In this document: positions 9,167 to 19,499 of the stretch, in pieces
Layout: each line of letters starts with the position of its first letter
Numbering within the stretch: position 1 is the first letter of the stretch
Virus record (IMG/VR): IMGVR_UViG_3300033149_004284
Location: 1 to 64,000 of that record
Strand: one strand, 5' to 3'
DNA length: 64,000 nucleotides
From: a virus
Program-made: the position numbers and the translations under genes
The notes under the pieces: model-generated
Databases searched by the model: none
Told to the model about the DNA's origin: nothing
The model's input: only the letters and a program-made list of their open reading frames with translations

Positions 9167-9185
9167 GTTCAGGGAGTTTCGTCAA
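9157..9185 (-). promoter_or_regulatory. Sigma70-type promoter, antisense to the tail genes
   Basis: TTGACG-17 nt-TATAAT with extended -10 TG. Confidence 0.75.
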
Positions 9186-9199
9186 GGAGAAAGACAGCT

Positions 9200-9511
9200 A
9201 TGACTTACATCAGTGTACATTCAGGACAACCTTACGCCTACGAAAGCATCACAGTCGGAGATTCGGCGGTAGGTCTGACTGCTGATTATCTAGCCCCTGA
9301 TGGGGCTGCTCCGCCTATTGCAGCCTTGCTCAGCCTGGAGACAGCCGCAATACGGTTCAGGATGGACGGGACCGACCCTACTTCTAGTGAGGGACACCTC
9401 CTGGCCAGTGGGGACGAACTAACTATCTCCAGCATTAATGCTCTCAGGGCGTTCAGGGCCATTAGAGACACGGAAACGAATGGCACTCTCAGAGTCACCT
9501 ACCTAAGATAG
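9200..9511 (+). CDS. Small conserved-type phage beta protein
   Basis: RBS AAGGAG; IRFRMDGTDPTSSEGHLL motif. Confidence 0.6.
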   Translation: MTYISVHSGQPYAYESITVGDSAVGLTADYLAPDGAAPPIAALLSLETAAIRFRMDGTDPTSSEGHLLASGDELTISSINALRAFRAIRDTETNGTLRVTYLR

Positions 9512-9521
9512 GAGTAGAGAC

Positions 9522-9821
9522 ATGGAGCTTCGAGAATTTCTAGCATGGATTATCTCCGGTGGCGGGGCCGGCGTGCTTGCTTACCTGCTTATGGGGCAGA
9601 TTGCGGGGCTGGCGAACCTAGCCCCCAAATGCAAACGCGCTGTAACCTTCTTGCTAAGCGCTGTCCTGGCCATGGCTGCTTATACTGTGGCGGCCTACGC
9701 TGGCTACCAAGACCTCCCTCAGACGGGTTTCGTCTGGGTAGAGAAACTGTTTCTTGTAGCCAGTACAAGCTTTGGCCTGGCCACTCTCATCCACACGAGA
9801 GAACTGAGGCCAAGGGGCTAG
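9522..9821 (+). CDS. Holin-like protein (3 TM)
   Basis: RBS AGGAG; three hydrophobic helices and a basic C-terminus; 99 aa. Confidence 0.65.
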   Translation: MELREFLAWIISGGGAGVLAYLLMGQIAGLANLAPKCKRAVTFLLSAVLAMAAYTVAAYAGYQDLPQTGFVWVEKLFLVASTSFGLATLIHTRELRPRG

Positions 9822-9840
9822 GGCATCTGCAACATATCTA

Positions 9841-10215
9841 TCAACCGGCAACCTGTTCAGGCGTAATTTCGATGTGCTCGCTGGGAGATATTTCCTTAGC
9901 GATCTTCATCAAAGCCCTGTGCACCGCCAAGTTCTTGCCCGCCTCTGCATCCCAAGTGAGACGCATTGTGGCAAAGCCAAACGCCTGCATAGCTGGGTAG
10001 TCGATGTGCCGCAGAAGTATCTTTACCGCTGTGTGTGGACACTCCTGCCAGCATTCTACTAGCATATCCTTGTCATGGGATTCGTACAATCCCCAAAGCC
10101 GCTGGAGCAAGTCGTCGCCGACAGGTCTCGGCGTCTGCGAGTCATCCATTTCCTCCTCCTCTCTGTGTTGGGATTCGTCATGGTGCGGGGTGAGAGTCGA
10201 ACTCACCAGGGGCAT
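9841..10215 (-). CDS. Hypothetical protein (last gene of the leftward region; start uncertain)
   Basis: ORF convergent on the holin; internal GGAGG-ATG start likely. Confidence 0.5.
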   Translation of the reverse strand: MPLVSSTLTPHHDESQHREEEEMDDSQTPRPVGDDLLQRLWGLYESHDKDMLVECWQECPHTAVKILLRHIDYPAMQAFGFATMRLTWDAEAGKNLAVHRALMKIAKEISPSEHIEITPEQVAG

Positions 10216-10798
10216 CTAGCACTGTCTCGATGCCATGCTCTCCAACCAGTATGGTTGATGTTCAGTGAGACATCCTGCCTTCCGGGCAGGCCACCCGCAC
10301 CATACAGTCATTCCCCGGCCTCTGCGCTTAGTTTCTCTAGCAGTTGTAGGATCCGCGCCCAGGGGCATATGTCCTTGTGTAAGTCAGGGTTGCCCCAGTC
10401 CCACGAGCCAAGCCTGGCATTGCACCAATCACAATACCAAGCAGAGATGTCTTCGTCATAATCGCGCTCGCCTGTTCGGAGACATTCTACTGGAGGATGA
10501 TACTCTTTTTCGCGAATCTCTTTGAGAATAGCAGCCGCTTCAGTCTGAGTCCACATGGTTCAATGATCTCCTTTCGCATACTCAAGACAAAGCCTATCTT
10601 CATTCACTTCCTGGCTCCATAGACCATCACATCTGTACCATCCGCGTGATGCCATGGCTGACTCGAAATCTTGCAAGGAGATGCCAAAGCAGGTCAATAG
10701 CAAGTACGCATCGTCGTCAGTGAAAGTGAAGCCTGGTATTGCGCTGATCTTGCGCTCTAGGGTATCCCATACTGCCATTTGGCATTTAGGACAGAGAT

Positions 10799-11359
10799 TC
10801 ATTGGGCTGCCGCACATTGCTGACAGATGCCATTCGCCATATCTTGCTCCAAGCACATGGCACCACATCGGGAGCACTCTGCCCAAGGCCGTTGTTCTAC
10901 TTGCTGTACGAGCCATGCTACCACTTTGCCTGTATCCTCCTCGACCAATTCACCAAGTTCTGGATGGGCCTCAAGATATAGTCTCTGCCCCATTTGTACC
11001 GCCTTTGCATATAAGGCGAAACTCGCACGAAGGCCCTGCAGCTCCTCAAGCACGGCAGGATAGCCTTCACGCATGGCAGCGATGAGCGCAAAGTTGGCAT
11101 CGTACTGATGACGAAATTCGTCTTGGCGGTATTGTTGATCTGGTGCCGAGCGACACTCAGAAACGATTAGAAAGTAATCGCCATCGCTGTGAATCTCATT
11201 GTGCATGCCATCGTAACGCCAAGGCCCCTTCGTCGCAGTGTTACAAAGAGCGATCTGCTCCTCGATCCAGTCGTCGGTTACAGGCCCACGAAACGCAATT
11301 TTTCCTTCTGCTTTAGCAAGACCGTCGCCTGCCTCCACTTCTGTTCTGTAAGTCTCCAT
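10799..11359 (-). CDS. Ead/Ea22-like phage protein
   Basis: ATKGPWRY..DANFALIAAMR motif; RBS GGAGGAGG. Confidence 0.55.
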   Translation of the reverse strand: METYRTEVEAGDGLAKAEGKIAFRGPVTDDWIEEQIALCNTATKGPWRYDGMHNEIHSDGDYFLIVSECRSAPDQQYRQDEFRHQYDANFALIAAMREGYPAVLEELQGLRASFALYAKAVQMGQRLYLEAHPELGELVEEDTGKVVAWLVQQVEQRPWAECSRCGAMCLEQDMANGICQQCAAAQ

Positions 11360-11663
11360 CTTCCTCCTCCATGTCATTCTTCCTCCAGGGTCCATTGGGT
11401 AACTACCTTTTGGGGTTTGGGTACTACTATCCTGCCCTTGATAATAAGCATTGGTCTGCACTTCTCCCCAGTATCCCAGCAGGCAGGGGCACAATTGGCA
11501 ATACCATCTTGAAACGTAACGCATCCAAAGTATCCCTTGTCAAGATGTTGTTTAATACCAGTCCGATCATACTGCCTAATGGAAGCCTCACCATCCTCGC
11601 TAACGATGATCACAAAATACGAATCAGGTGTCTTGCTCATGTTTCCTCCTCATGTCACATACT

Positions 11664-12005
11664 TTACTCGTCTCTGAATCGCTCCTCGATGCAAGCAGCT
11701 AACAGCAAGAGATAATTGCGCGCATCTGCAAATCGCTGCTTGAGTCCCTCGCCGCCATCTGGGTTTATCCAACACCACTTAGTATCTCCCTTCTGCACAG
11801 CCATGTTGATGCTTTGCAGATGCTTGAGCAGATAGGTCATGGCTACCTGAGGCATGGTGCGGTCTTCAAACGTAGCAATCTGTCTGAAGTTCAAGAGACG
11901 GTCGGTGGTGGATGCGTACTCCTCGGCTTTGAATCCCATCAATTCATGCTCACGTTTTTCAAACTCCTCGCAAAGTGCCTGGAACTGTTCTGGGGACATT
12001 CTCAT
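11664..12005 (-). CDS. DUF1599-like (nucleotide-modification-associated) helical protein
   Basis: KAEEYA..DRLLNF..LLKH..RFADARNY motif. Confidence 0.55.
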   Translation of the reverse strand: MRMSPEQFQALCEEFEKREHELMGFKAEEYASTTDRLLNFRQIATFEDRTMPQVAMTYLLKHLQSINMAVQKGDTKWCWINPDGGEGLKQRFADARNYLLLLAACIEERFRDE

Positions 12006-12024
12006 ATTCTCTCTCCTCACATGG

Positions 12025-12234
12025 CTACTCTCGTAACTTCTCAATCGCTCGGCGAAACCTTTTCGCAACTCCCTGGTGTGACATGTGATACACGTCCGCT
12101 ATTTGCCGGAAACTAAGCCCCATGTACCGCAATGCTATTAACAGGCGGTCGTCGGGGCGCAGGAAGTCTAGTTTGCGCTCAAAGTCGATGGCGTCATCCA
12201 CCCAATCTGTGCCTCTGGCGTATTCTCTCCCCAT
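12025..12234 (-). CDS. Sigma70 region-4-like HTH protein
   Basis: LRYMGLSFRQIADVYHMSHQGV. Confidence 0.65.
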   Translation of the reverse strand: MGREYARGTDWVDDAIDFERKLDFLRPDDRLLIALRYMGLSFRQIADVYHMSHQGVAKRFRRAIEKLRE

Positions 12235-12649
12235 AGTTGTCTTTAGTCCATCCTTGGTCTATACACCAGCCACATAATCCGTCTTTGCCCTCTGGCGCTT
12301 CTGATAGCAGAACCTCGCATAGACAGCATTTCGGCGAATTATTCTTCCGCCAGCTACGGTGTAGCGGTTCATTGCGCCGCTTCAGTAGCTTCAATACAGC
12401 CTGTCCACTAAGCCCAAAAGGTTCGCCTGCTCTCTTTGCTCCCATACCATCTCGATACCGTGCAACGATCTCATCACCGTGCTCCTCGGCCAGCATTGTC
12501 TTCTGGCGGGTGCTCAGACGTATCGGCTCCCCCATGCTAACTAGGATGGCCCGTGTTCTCTCTTGGCTCAAACCAAAGAGTGCCCCTGCTCGTTTCATGG
12601 AACCGATTTCCCGATACCGCTCGACTACTTGCTCTGCTACGGTCTTCAT
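12194..12649 (-). CDS. Double HTH protein with C-terminal Zn-ribbon
   Basis: Two repeats of RY..G.KRAG..FGLS; CxxC..CxxC at C-terminus. Confidence 0.55.
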   Translation of the reverse strand: MKTVAEQVVERYREIGSMKRAGALFGLSQERTRAILVSMGEPIRLSTRQKTMLAEEHGDEIVARYRDGMGAKRAGEPFGLSGQAVLKLLKRRNEPLHRSWRKNNSPKCCLCEVLLSEAPEGKDGLCGWCIDQGWTKDNYGERIRQRHRLGG

Positions 12650-13571
12650 GGCCGCACTGCATAGAGTAACTTGAACAGCATCTCGTCGCCACACCACCAG
12701 CCCCAACGAGCAGAGATAGCGGCCCAGAAGATCGCCGTCCCAATAAACGCAAGCCACAGAATCTTTTCAAATAGGTTACGCATCGTTCTCCTTTCATCTT
12801 CCGTCTGGGTCCCACAGCGTAGCAAGTATCAGTGCCACGATCAGAAGAAACAATGTTGTGTAGAGAATAGGTAATACCTCCGATACAAGGTCGATAGGCG
12901 TTCCAGTGATCTTGCAGATAAGGGCCGCCAATGCTACAAAAGACGAAACTATTAAGTTGCCCATTGTTAGTGCCTTCAGTATCCGCCACAATACTTTCTT
13001 GACGTTCACTCTATTGCCTCCTCTGGTCTATAAGAATCACTCCGTCAACATTTCCTTCCTCTTCTGCACCCAAGTAGTCTCCTCAAGGACAAGATGTGTC
13101 TCGTATCCGTCCCTTTCCCAATTCATATGAGCAGACATCTCTAATAGGAGGCCACTCAAATACAGAACTTTTAGACACGACGGAGACGAGCGCTGGTTAG
13201 GGCGTAGCGGGAATGAGCTCCAGGGCATAACCAGATTGATTCGCTCTCCAACCAAGGAATGCAACTGACAGACCACGGCCTTGTCATAGATTAATGTGTC
13301 TACATCCAACGATCTTCCCCTTATCGAGCCTGTGGTGAATATGGTATTGCAACTCAGATGAACATTATGCTCATCGGATTGTCTTTCTGTTGTATCCATC
13401 CTCTTCCTCAATTCAAACAGATTGCTGGTCAAACGGTCTATTCGCCATCACTACAGGCCTCCCCGCAAGAATATGAACCCGTCCATAACGGATATGAACG
13501 TTGTCATATATTTGTACGCTGTTCATAAAGTGCGTCTCTCTTCCCCGAATGAATCCACCCCGTAACGGCTC

Positions 13572-13922
13572 TTACGGCATCACTATCCGAAAGTCTACGT
13601 CCCCGCCCAGGCAGTATCTCTTAATGAACATCTTGCGTTTGATTTTGAAATCCGCAGTCATCACCTTCTTGCTCCCCTTCACATCCTCAACGACTTTCTG
13701 TCCATTCTCCACATACGAGAAGTCGTCTATGTAGATGATGGGCCTTATCCACTTGCCCTGATAGCGGAAACCCTCCTGGAGCATGTGCCGAGTGTGTATT
13801 TTCAAGTCGGTTATCTCGCCAGCTCGCTCTAGCAGTTTCAGTTCGCCATATCGGGCAGCCTCGTCTAGCGAGTCGAATGTGAAGCCATCCTTGCGCGTCT
13901 TCACATTGTGCCATTTGCTCAT
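13572..13922 (-). CDS. DUF1064 family PD-(D/E)XK endonuclease
   Basis: DGFTFDS..EA.RY..L..IYIDDFSY..VVEDVKG. Confidence 0.85.
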   Translation of the reverse strand: MSKWHNVKTRKDGFTFDSLDEAARYGELKLLERAGEITDLKIHTRHMLQEGFRYQGKWIRPIIYIDDFSYVENGQKVVEDVKGSKKVMTADFKIKRKMFIKRYCLGGDVDFRIVMP

Positions 13923-14055
13923 ATTCTTCCTCTCTTCTATAACGAATCTATGACGAATCTATGCGCATAGAATTCGTTATAGGGGGAATGTGGCTTACTC
14001 AGTTTCATCGGCAGATTCCAGATTTAACCGGGCAGACTCACCCTAGCCGCTATAT

Positions 14056-14874
14056 CTATTTATGTTGCGCCATCATAATAGCTGGACGAGACCAGCGCCG
14101 AGCAATGCCACGCCAGCATGTATCATAGAGAATCCTTTGCTTACTAACAGGCTGATAGAGCTGGGCAAATGGCATGAACCCCATATCCCATATCCGACGA
14201 AGCCGCAAGATTGCCTCATCTGGCGTCTCGCCGTGAAAACCGATGAGAACATAGCAGCGTAATTGCCTCCGCCTTAGAGGGGAGAGCTTATCTCTCACTG
14301 GCCGCAGATTGTCAATGGCTGTCTTGCTGTCAGCTGCGAAGAAAACCTGTCCTATCTTGAGCATCAAGAGTTGATCCGCCGCCCAGTCAGTTAGTAATCG
14401 GGAATCCAATCCTCCAGGAAAGCTGACAGCGCGATGTTGAGACCGCAGCATCTCAAAGACCTTGCTCTGATGTTTATGTGATGTTGCAAGCAAGTTGTTG
14501 TCCTGCACAATCCACCCTGGCATTATTGCAATCTCTTGGATGCCTCCCTCCCTCTTGGGCACAAGGCACCAGGGGCAGTGACGAGGGCAACCCCTGCTAG
14601 TGAATGTGACGCCAGGACGCACATACATCCCCGGCACAAACTCGCCTGGTGGGTTCTCATCTATCGCTGGGCCACCAATTTTGACAACGGGATAATACTG
14701 TGCCCAAGCGTCCCTCAAGCGATGCCCTTCCTCTACATCCCAAGTGAACGTCACCGATACATGCACTTCATCGGCTTCTGGCCTCCATAACGGGGGATCG
14801 CCGACGAATGCTAACGTATCCGTTGGCGTTATGCTTGTGCGTCTTGGGAACACTCTCAAAATGCGCCTGTTCAC
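14056..14874 (-). CDS. Radical SAM protein
   Basis: FTSRGCPRHCPWC (CxxxCxxC), DNN, GLD, YVLIGF motifs. Confidence 0.85.
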   Translation of the reverse strand: MNRRILRVFPRRTSITPTDTLAFVGDPPLWRPEADEVHVSVTFTWDVEEGHRLRDAWAQYYPVVKIGGPAIDENPPGEFVPGMYVRPGVTFTSRGCPRHCPWCLVPKREGGIQEIAIMPGWIVQDNNLLATSHKHQSKVFEMLRSQHRAVSFPGGLDSRLLTDWAADQLLMLKIGQVFFAADSKTAIDNLRPVRDKLSPLRRRQLRCYVLIGFHGETPDEAILRLRRIWDMGFMPFAQLYQPVSKQRILYDTCWRGIARRWSRPAIMMAQHK

Positions 14875-15117
14875 TGCCCCCTACCTCGCGCTCAGATTGC
14901 TCATAGCATCCTCTTTTGCTTTGGCTCCGCAACTGGCCGAAAATGCTCTATCTTATGTATTGTCCAGATGAAAGCCTTAGCCGCCAGCTCAGGCGACCAC
15001 CCCGCGCGATACATGCCGCGGACAGCCTCTCCTAGAAAGTCAGCAAACGTGGTCTTGAACGCTCCATCCAATATCCCATTGAATCGTTTAGCCCAGATGT
15101 TCCAGGCATCTACCTTC

Positions 15118-15774
15118 TCATCGTCTTGAGACATCGTGCCTGCCTGTATCTACATTTGGCTCTAGGGTATAGACCCACACCCAGGGGCTGTCCTCCCATC
15201 GCGTGCCCGGCTTCTTGTGAAGTGATTCCCAATACTCTCTGTACCAGTCTCGATACTGACCATCGTAACGAGTTATGGGTATGTTAGGGAAGGCGTTCAG
15301 TGTCCCCTCAGCCACAATATCTCTGTCGCCGATGTCCTGCAACCCTTCTGGACGCACAGCCAATATCTTGACATAATAGCGACAGCTCCACTTGGGCATG
15401 AACATTGCGGGGAGTTTGCTCCGCTTCCATGTCCATTGTTTTGTCTCCACGCCTTCTGCAGCATGTCTACCGACAAACCAGGCCGGAGTTCCATCAGCCT
15501 GATAGACTACAATTCCACTCTCGCTGCGTTTCAGCCCTTCCCGTATCCAGCAGATAGTGCCTGGTGCGTAGGGCTGGTGCATGGCGACAAGTCTGCCTCG
15601 AAGCCTGTCTTTAGAATGACGCCAGTACCAAATGCCGTGCACCTCGTCTTGCCAGGGTATCCAGGAATTGCCAGGCGACAGCGGCCTTATCAGCCGTCTA
15701 GTCTGTGTCTTCTCCGCAGCCTGGTGAGCCAATATCGAACGTGTAGAATAGATTATGGGCCTTTCAGGAGTCAT
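15118..15774 (-). CDS. ASCH/PUA-like phage protein
   Basis: ERPI..KTQTRR..WIRE..PAMFMPKW..LQDI..AEG..W..PWVWV. Confidence 0.7.
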   Translation of the reverse strand: MTPERPIIYSTRSILAHQAAEKTQTRRLIRPLSPGNSWIPWQDEVHGIWYWRHSKDRLRGRLVAMHQPYAPGTICWIREGLKRSESGIVVYQADGTPAWFVGRHAAEGVETKQWTWKRSKLPAMFMPKWSCRYYVKILAVRPEGLQDIGDRDIVAEGTLNAFPNIPITRYDGQYRDWYREYWESLHKKPGTRWEDSPWVWVYTLEPNVDTGRHDVSRR

Positions 15775-16157
15775 GCTTTGCTTTCCTCCCTTATCCAATT
15801 CAGGGCTGCCAGAGTGATGGCCTTGGCATCAGTCGCTCCAAATGCACTAGCATATTCCTTGCTAGAGGGCCACCAAAATTCGGCGTAACAATAGCCTGAA
15901 CAACTTTTCAACCTAAATGACACACCTCGGCCCACTATGGCATCTTTTACCCGCATCGCCTGGGCAATATTCGAGTGCGGCGACCAGACACGGTTCTCCT
16001 CCACTGGGCAGCCCGTTGTCTCTGCTATCCTATCGGCCTCTTCAGCAAGATACATTAGCATTAGGGGATCGCCAGGATCGTACCAATGTCCTGTCTCTGA
16101 CGTCCATCCCATCAAGTCTCGTGCTAACTTGTTGTCGATCTCTCGCCAGTCAGACAT
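15771..16157 (-). CDS. Phage ABA-sandwich-like protein
   Basis: EIDNKLARDLMGW..WSPHSNIAQAM..AITLAAL. Confidence 0.6.
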   Translation of the reverse strand: MSDWREIDNKLARDLMGWTSETGHWYDPGDPLMLMYLAEEADRIAETTGCPVEENRVWSPHSNIAQAMRVKDAIVGRGVSFRLKSCSGYCYAEFWWPSSKEYASAFGATDAKAITLAALNWIREESKA

Positions 16158-16402
16158 GCTCTCTCTCCTTTTTCCATAGCTAACTGGATCGCAAGTGCAT
16201 GGGCGCAAAGATTGTCGGTGAAGGAATGGTCTGTACCCCAAGGACAGGTGCAGAGAAAGTGACCAGAGTTAAATACGATGGTATGATAGTATCCCTCCTT
16301 TTCTCGGACTGTTCCTTCGGCGTCCCGACCATTCCGCCAGAGGATAGTGATTCGTTCCTCGTCCACCAGCCGTTGCGCCTTCTTCACGCGGGTCTCGGTC
16401 AT
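16124..16402 (-). CDS. SWIM zinc-finger protein, copy A
   Basis: CTC-x12-CAH motif. Confidence 0.75.
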   Translation of the reverse strand: MTETRVKKAQRLVDEERITILWRNGRDAEGTVREKEGYYHTIVFNSGHFLCTCPWGTDHSFTDNLCAHALAIQLAMEKGERACLTGERSTTS

Positions 16403-16644
16403 AGTTCCGTCCTCCCCATAGCCAGTTTGACCGCGAGTGCGTGGGCGCAGAGGTCGTCGGTGTAAGAATGGTGTTGGCCCCAGTCGCAAGTGCAGAAGAA
16501 GCAGCCAGAGTCGTAGATCACAGTGCGGTAGAAGCCCCCATCTCTCAGTATCCTGGCTTCAATATAGTTGTGCCGTCGCATAATGGCACAAACCCGTCCT
16601 TCATCCTCCAGCCGTTGTGCCTTCTCCAGGCGTGTCTCAGTCAT
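16399..16644 (-). CDS. SWIM zinc-finger protein, copy B
   Basis: CTC-x12-CAH motif; paralog of A. Confidence 0.75.
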   Translation of the reverse strand: MTETRLEKAQRLEDEGRVCAIMRRHNYIEARILRDGGFYRTVIYDSGCFFCTCDWGQHHSYTDDLCAHALAVKLAMGRTEL

Positions 16645-17499
16645 GCTCCGTACTTCTCCCCTGCAAGAAAGGCTCCTAGGACAAATACAAAGATCATGAC
16701 AATACCCCGTGCGATGGACACGGGTGTGGCGAGCCAAGTCCAAAGATCAGTCATTTGCTCCTCCTTGCATAGTGTGTCTTCATGATCTCTCAGCCTCATC
16801 GGGCCATAGGGCTTGCAACAGAACTTTCTGGCATTTGAAACACAGGTAGAACGATTCGCCCCCCATCTCAAAGGCCTTGAGACTGTTTGTTGCTCTCTCT
16901 GGGATTCCGCATCGCCTACAGAAAGGTTCGTCGGGTCTGCGTATACTTTGCCAGTATTGTTTTAGTGTGGGGCTGATGTCAGAAGCTAGGTGCATATCTC
17001 TTTCCTTCTTTCCGTGATGATTGATACTGGGCGGCGTTCCTGGGTTGCCTTCAGGATCGAACCACGTCCAGTATTTGCCATCTACTGTGTATCGCTTTTC
17101 CCATCCCACCATCGGTTTGGCTTGTTGCTGATAGGGGGGCATCGGTCAGTTCTCCTTTCGCATAGGATTACAACAACGAGCCTATTCATTGAGTTGCCTC
17201 GTTATTGTGTCTCTCTTCTTTTCTTCGCCAGATCACCTAATGCTTCCGACACAGCAATCAGGCAACTGGAAACACGAGAGTTGGCATAGCCTGTATAGCT
17301 CTTGTAATACTCATCCCACAAGTGAGGCTCTTGGTAATAAGCTCTTGCGTTCCAGCCTCGATCACGTACTCCAATGGCAATCTCGGTGCCATCTGGCATG
17401 TTTGCTATCAGATTGCCTATCGCTGCATACTCTGTACCAGACGGCATGTTTGCTATCTGTTTGCCTAAAGCCTCACGCTCTGCCTCGGTTAGCATTTGG

Positions 17500-17742
17500 T
17501 CAGTTCTCCTTTTCCATGGCCAACTGAACGGCAAGTGCATGAACGCAGAGGTCGTCGGTGTAAGAATGGTGTTGACCCCAGTTGCAGGTGCAGAAGAACT
17601 TGCCAGAGGTATAGACCGTAGTGTGATAGTGGCTCCTCTCTGTCTGCACAACTGCTCCCGTCTCGTAAGCGCCACGATAGCCAATCTTCACCTTTCCCTC
17701 GTCCACCAGCCTCTGCGCCTTCTCCAGGCGTGTCTCGGCCAT
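17500..17742 (-). CDS. SWIM zinc-finger protein, copy C (frame open back to 17928)
   Basis: CTC-x12-CVH motif; paralog of A and B. Confidence 0.75.
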   Translation of the reverse strand: MAETRLEKAQRLVDEGKVKIGYRGAYETGAVVQTERSHYHTTVYTSGKFFCTCNWGQHHSYTDDLCVHALAVQLAMEKEN

Positions 17743-18638
17743 TTGCGGATTTCCTCCATGTTGTCCTCTCTGATCTAGCGCTTTCCTCAAAGCTTCTCTT
17801 GCATCCAGAATATCCAGATCGTACAGCATCCCGTTCCCGATGTTGTCCATCTTCTCTAGCAAAAGTTCACCCGCTTCCCTCAATTCATCCACCGGCTGCT
17901 GCACATTCTCTGTGCATGTCTCTGTCATCGGTTACTCCTTTTCTACAGAGCTCTCATAGTGGTAAGTTACTCCATGGACATTCCTATGGTAGTAAGTGCA
18001 ACCATGACAATAGCCGATATAGCCAGGTTCGCCTGAGTGACTCATACTGGCGTATAATGACTCGCTGCTCTTGCAACTCTTTCTCTATTCGCGATGCCAC
18101 AATGCTGTCCACCAAACCTGCCAATTTATCTGGCAGGTCGTCGTCACAAACCCAAATCGTCAGTACTTGGTCCTGCTTCCAGTGCCTCCTTGTTAGCTTG
18201 TGGCGATGATAGACCTTAGAAGATACATTTGCCAGATTGCTCTGCCCGAAATCGTACCACACGTCTGGCTCTTCATAGAAACGTTCTCCAGCGAACTTGG
18301 GGGGTACATTCACCGTTCGCGTCTTTACTTCCCACAACTCTATGGTTTCTGTAGTCATAGCGACCCTCCTTCAGTCTCCCACATGAGATAGCAAACTATC
18401 ACCCCCACTGCGCCAAGAGTCTAGCACGGCATCGAACCAGGCACTAGCCTCTCGTCCCTTCATCCGCATGGCTTGCAATTCTTCAGGGGTCACAGAGCCC
18501 CAATATTCCTGGCACATCCGCTCTAGTTCTTCATCAGAATATCCTAGGTCGCCCATCGTCCTCGGGTACTGATTCCATCCACTTTGCGCTTTTTCGTCGG
18601 CCATCTATAGTCTCCTCTTCGCTGCAACTTGGCATGTC

Positions 18639-18923
18639 TCACATATCTCTTCCGTCTCTCCTCCTTATGGAATCACGCAACTCCTCAATCCAGCACCAGT
18701 CTGGCAGACCATAGCTGTGTCTCACTATGACCAGACCAGGGAATCGTTTCCTACCTATTCCTTGAGAAGTAGCGCACTCCATAATGTCAATATAGCCTGG
18801 GTCACCAGACATAATGACATTCAACTCATCCTCTATCTTGGGCAATTTCGCCAGTAATCCCAACAGTGGAGTGGTCGCCAGTGCTTTTACAAACTCGCGG
18901 CGATTCATCTCTCCTCCTATCAC
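18639..18923 (-). CDS. Small protein with twin-arginine-like N-terminus
   Basis: MNRREFVKALATTPLLGLL after RBS GGAGG. Confidence 0.45.
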   Translation of the reverse strand: MIGGEMNRREFVKALATTPLLGLLAKLPKIEDELNVIMSGDPGYIDIMECATSQGIGRKRFPGLVIVRHSYGLPDWCWIEELRDSIRRRDGRDM

Positions 18924-19499
18924 ACGTGCAATTGTTAGTCTGCTACAAGATAGGCATGCTCTATCAGATACGTGTTCTCTGCCAGCAAATCGTCGGTTGA
19001 TAAGAATTCACCGCAGGTAGGACAATGGGTAATGTATTCACCCGCAGTTGGGCTTTCTTCCTCCTCATCCCTATACTCTGGCCTATATCGAATCCCTGTC
19101 CATCGATACACGAGCCAGATTCTGTGACCGCATCCGTGCCGCATGAATACCATAGCCGGGTCCTCCTCGCTAGTCACTCCTTCACAGAATATCTATTAGC
19201 CTAGTTCGAGCGGCCGATCTATCGCTTCGAACTGGCGTCTCGTCGCTACTGAGATGCAAATCTGTCACCAGCCAGTCTATCTCGTTCTTGCCCGTGATGT
19301 CCTTCTCTATTGCACGCAGTGTCGACGAAAGTTTTGAGATGGCTTTGGCAAAATCGTCAAGTGAAACTTTGCCCTCAAGATGAATCGCCAAACTGTCTTT
19401 GTCCATGTTGTTGTTCCCCACACTTACTTTTGTCATCCCATCGCCTCGCTAACAACACCGCAATAAGGTTGTCAGTATCCTAGCCACAGAGAGGACTAT

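Noticed and set aside
8883-9185. 100-aa minus-strand ORF with GPGPPAI repeats
   Set aside because: Its start lies within the promoter -35 box, upstream of the predicted TSS, and it lacks an RBS; the repeats are better explained by RNA/DNA structure
13937-13982. Inverted repeat CTATAACGAAT/ATTCGTTATAG as terminator
   Set aside because: AT-rich stem with no U-tract; function cannot be supported
16124-17742. SWIM paralogs as DGR template/variable repeats
   Set aside because: Differences do not look adenine-restricted, all copies are ORFs, and no reverse transcriptase is in the window
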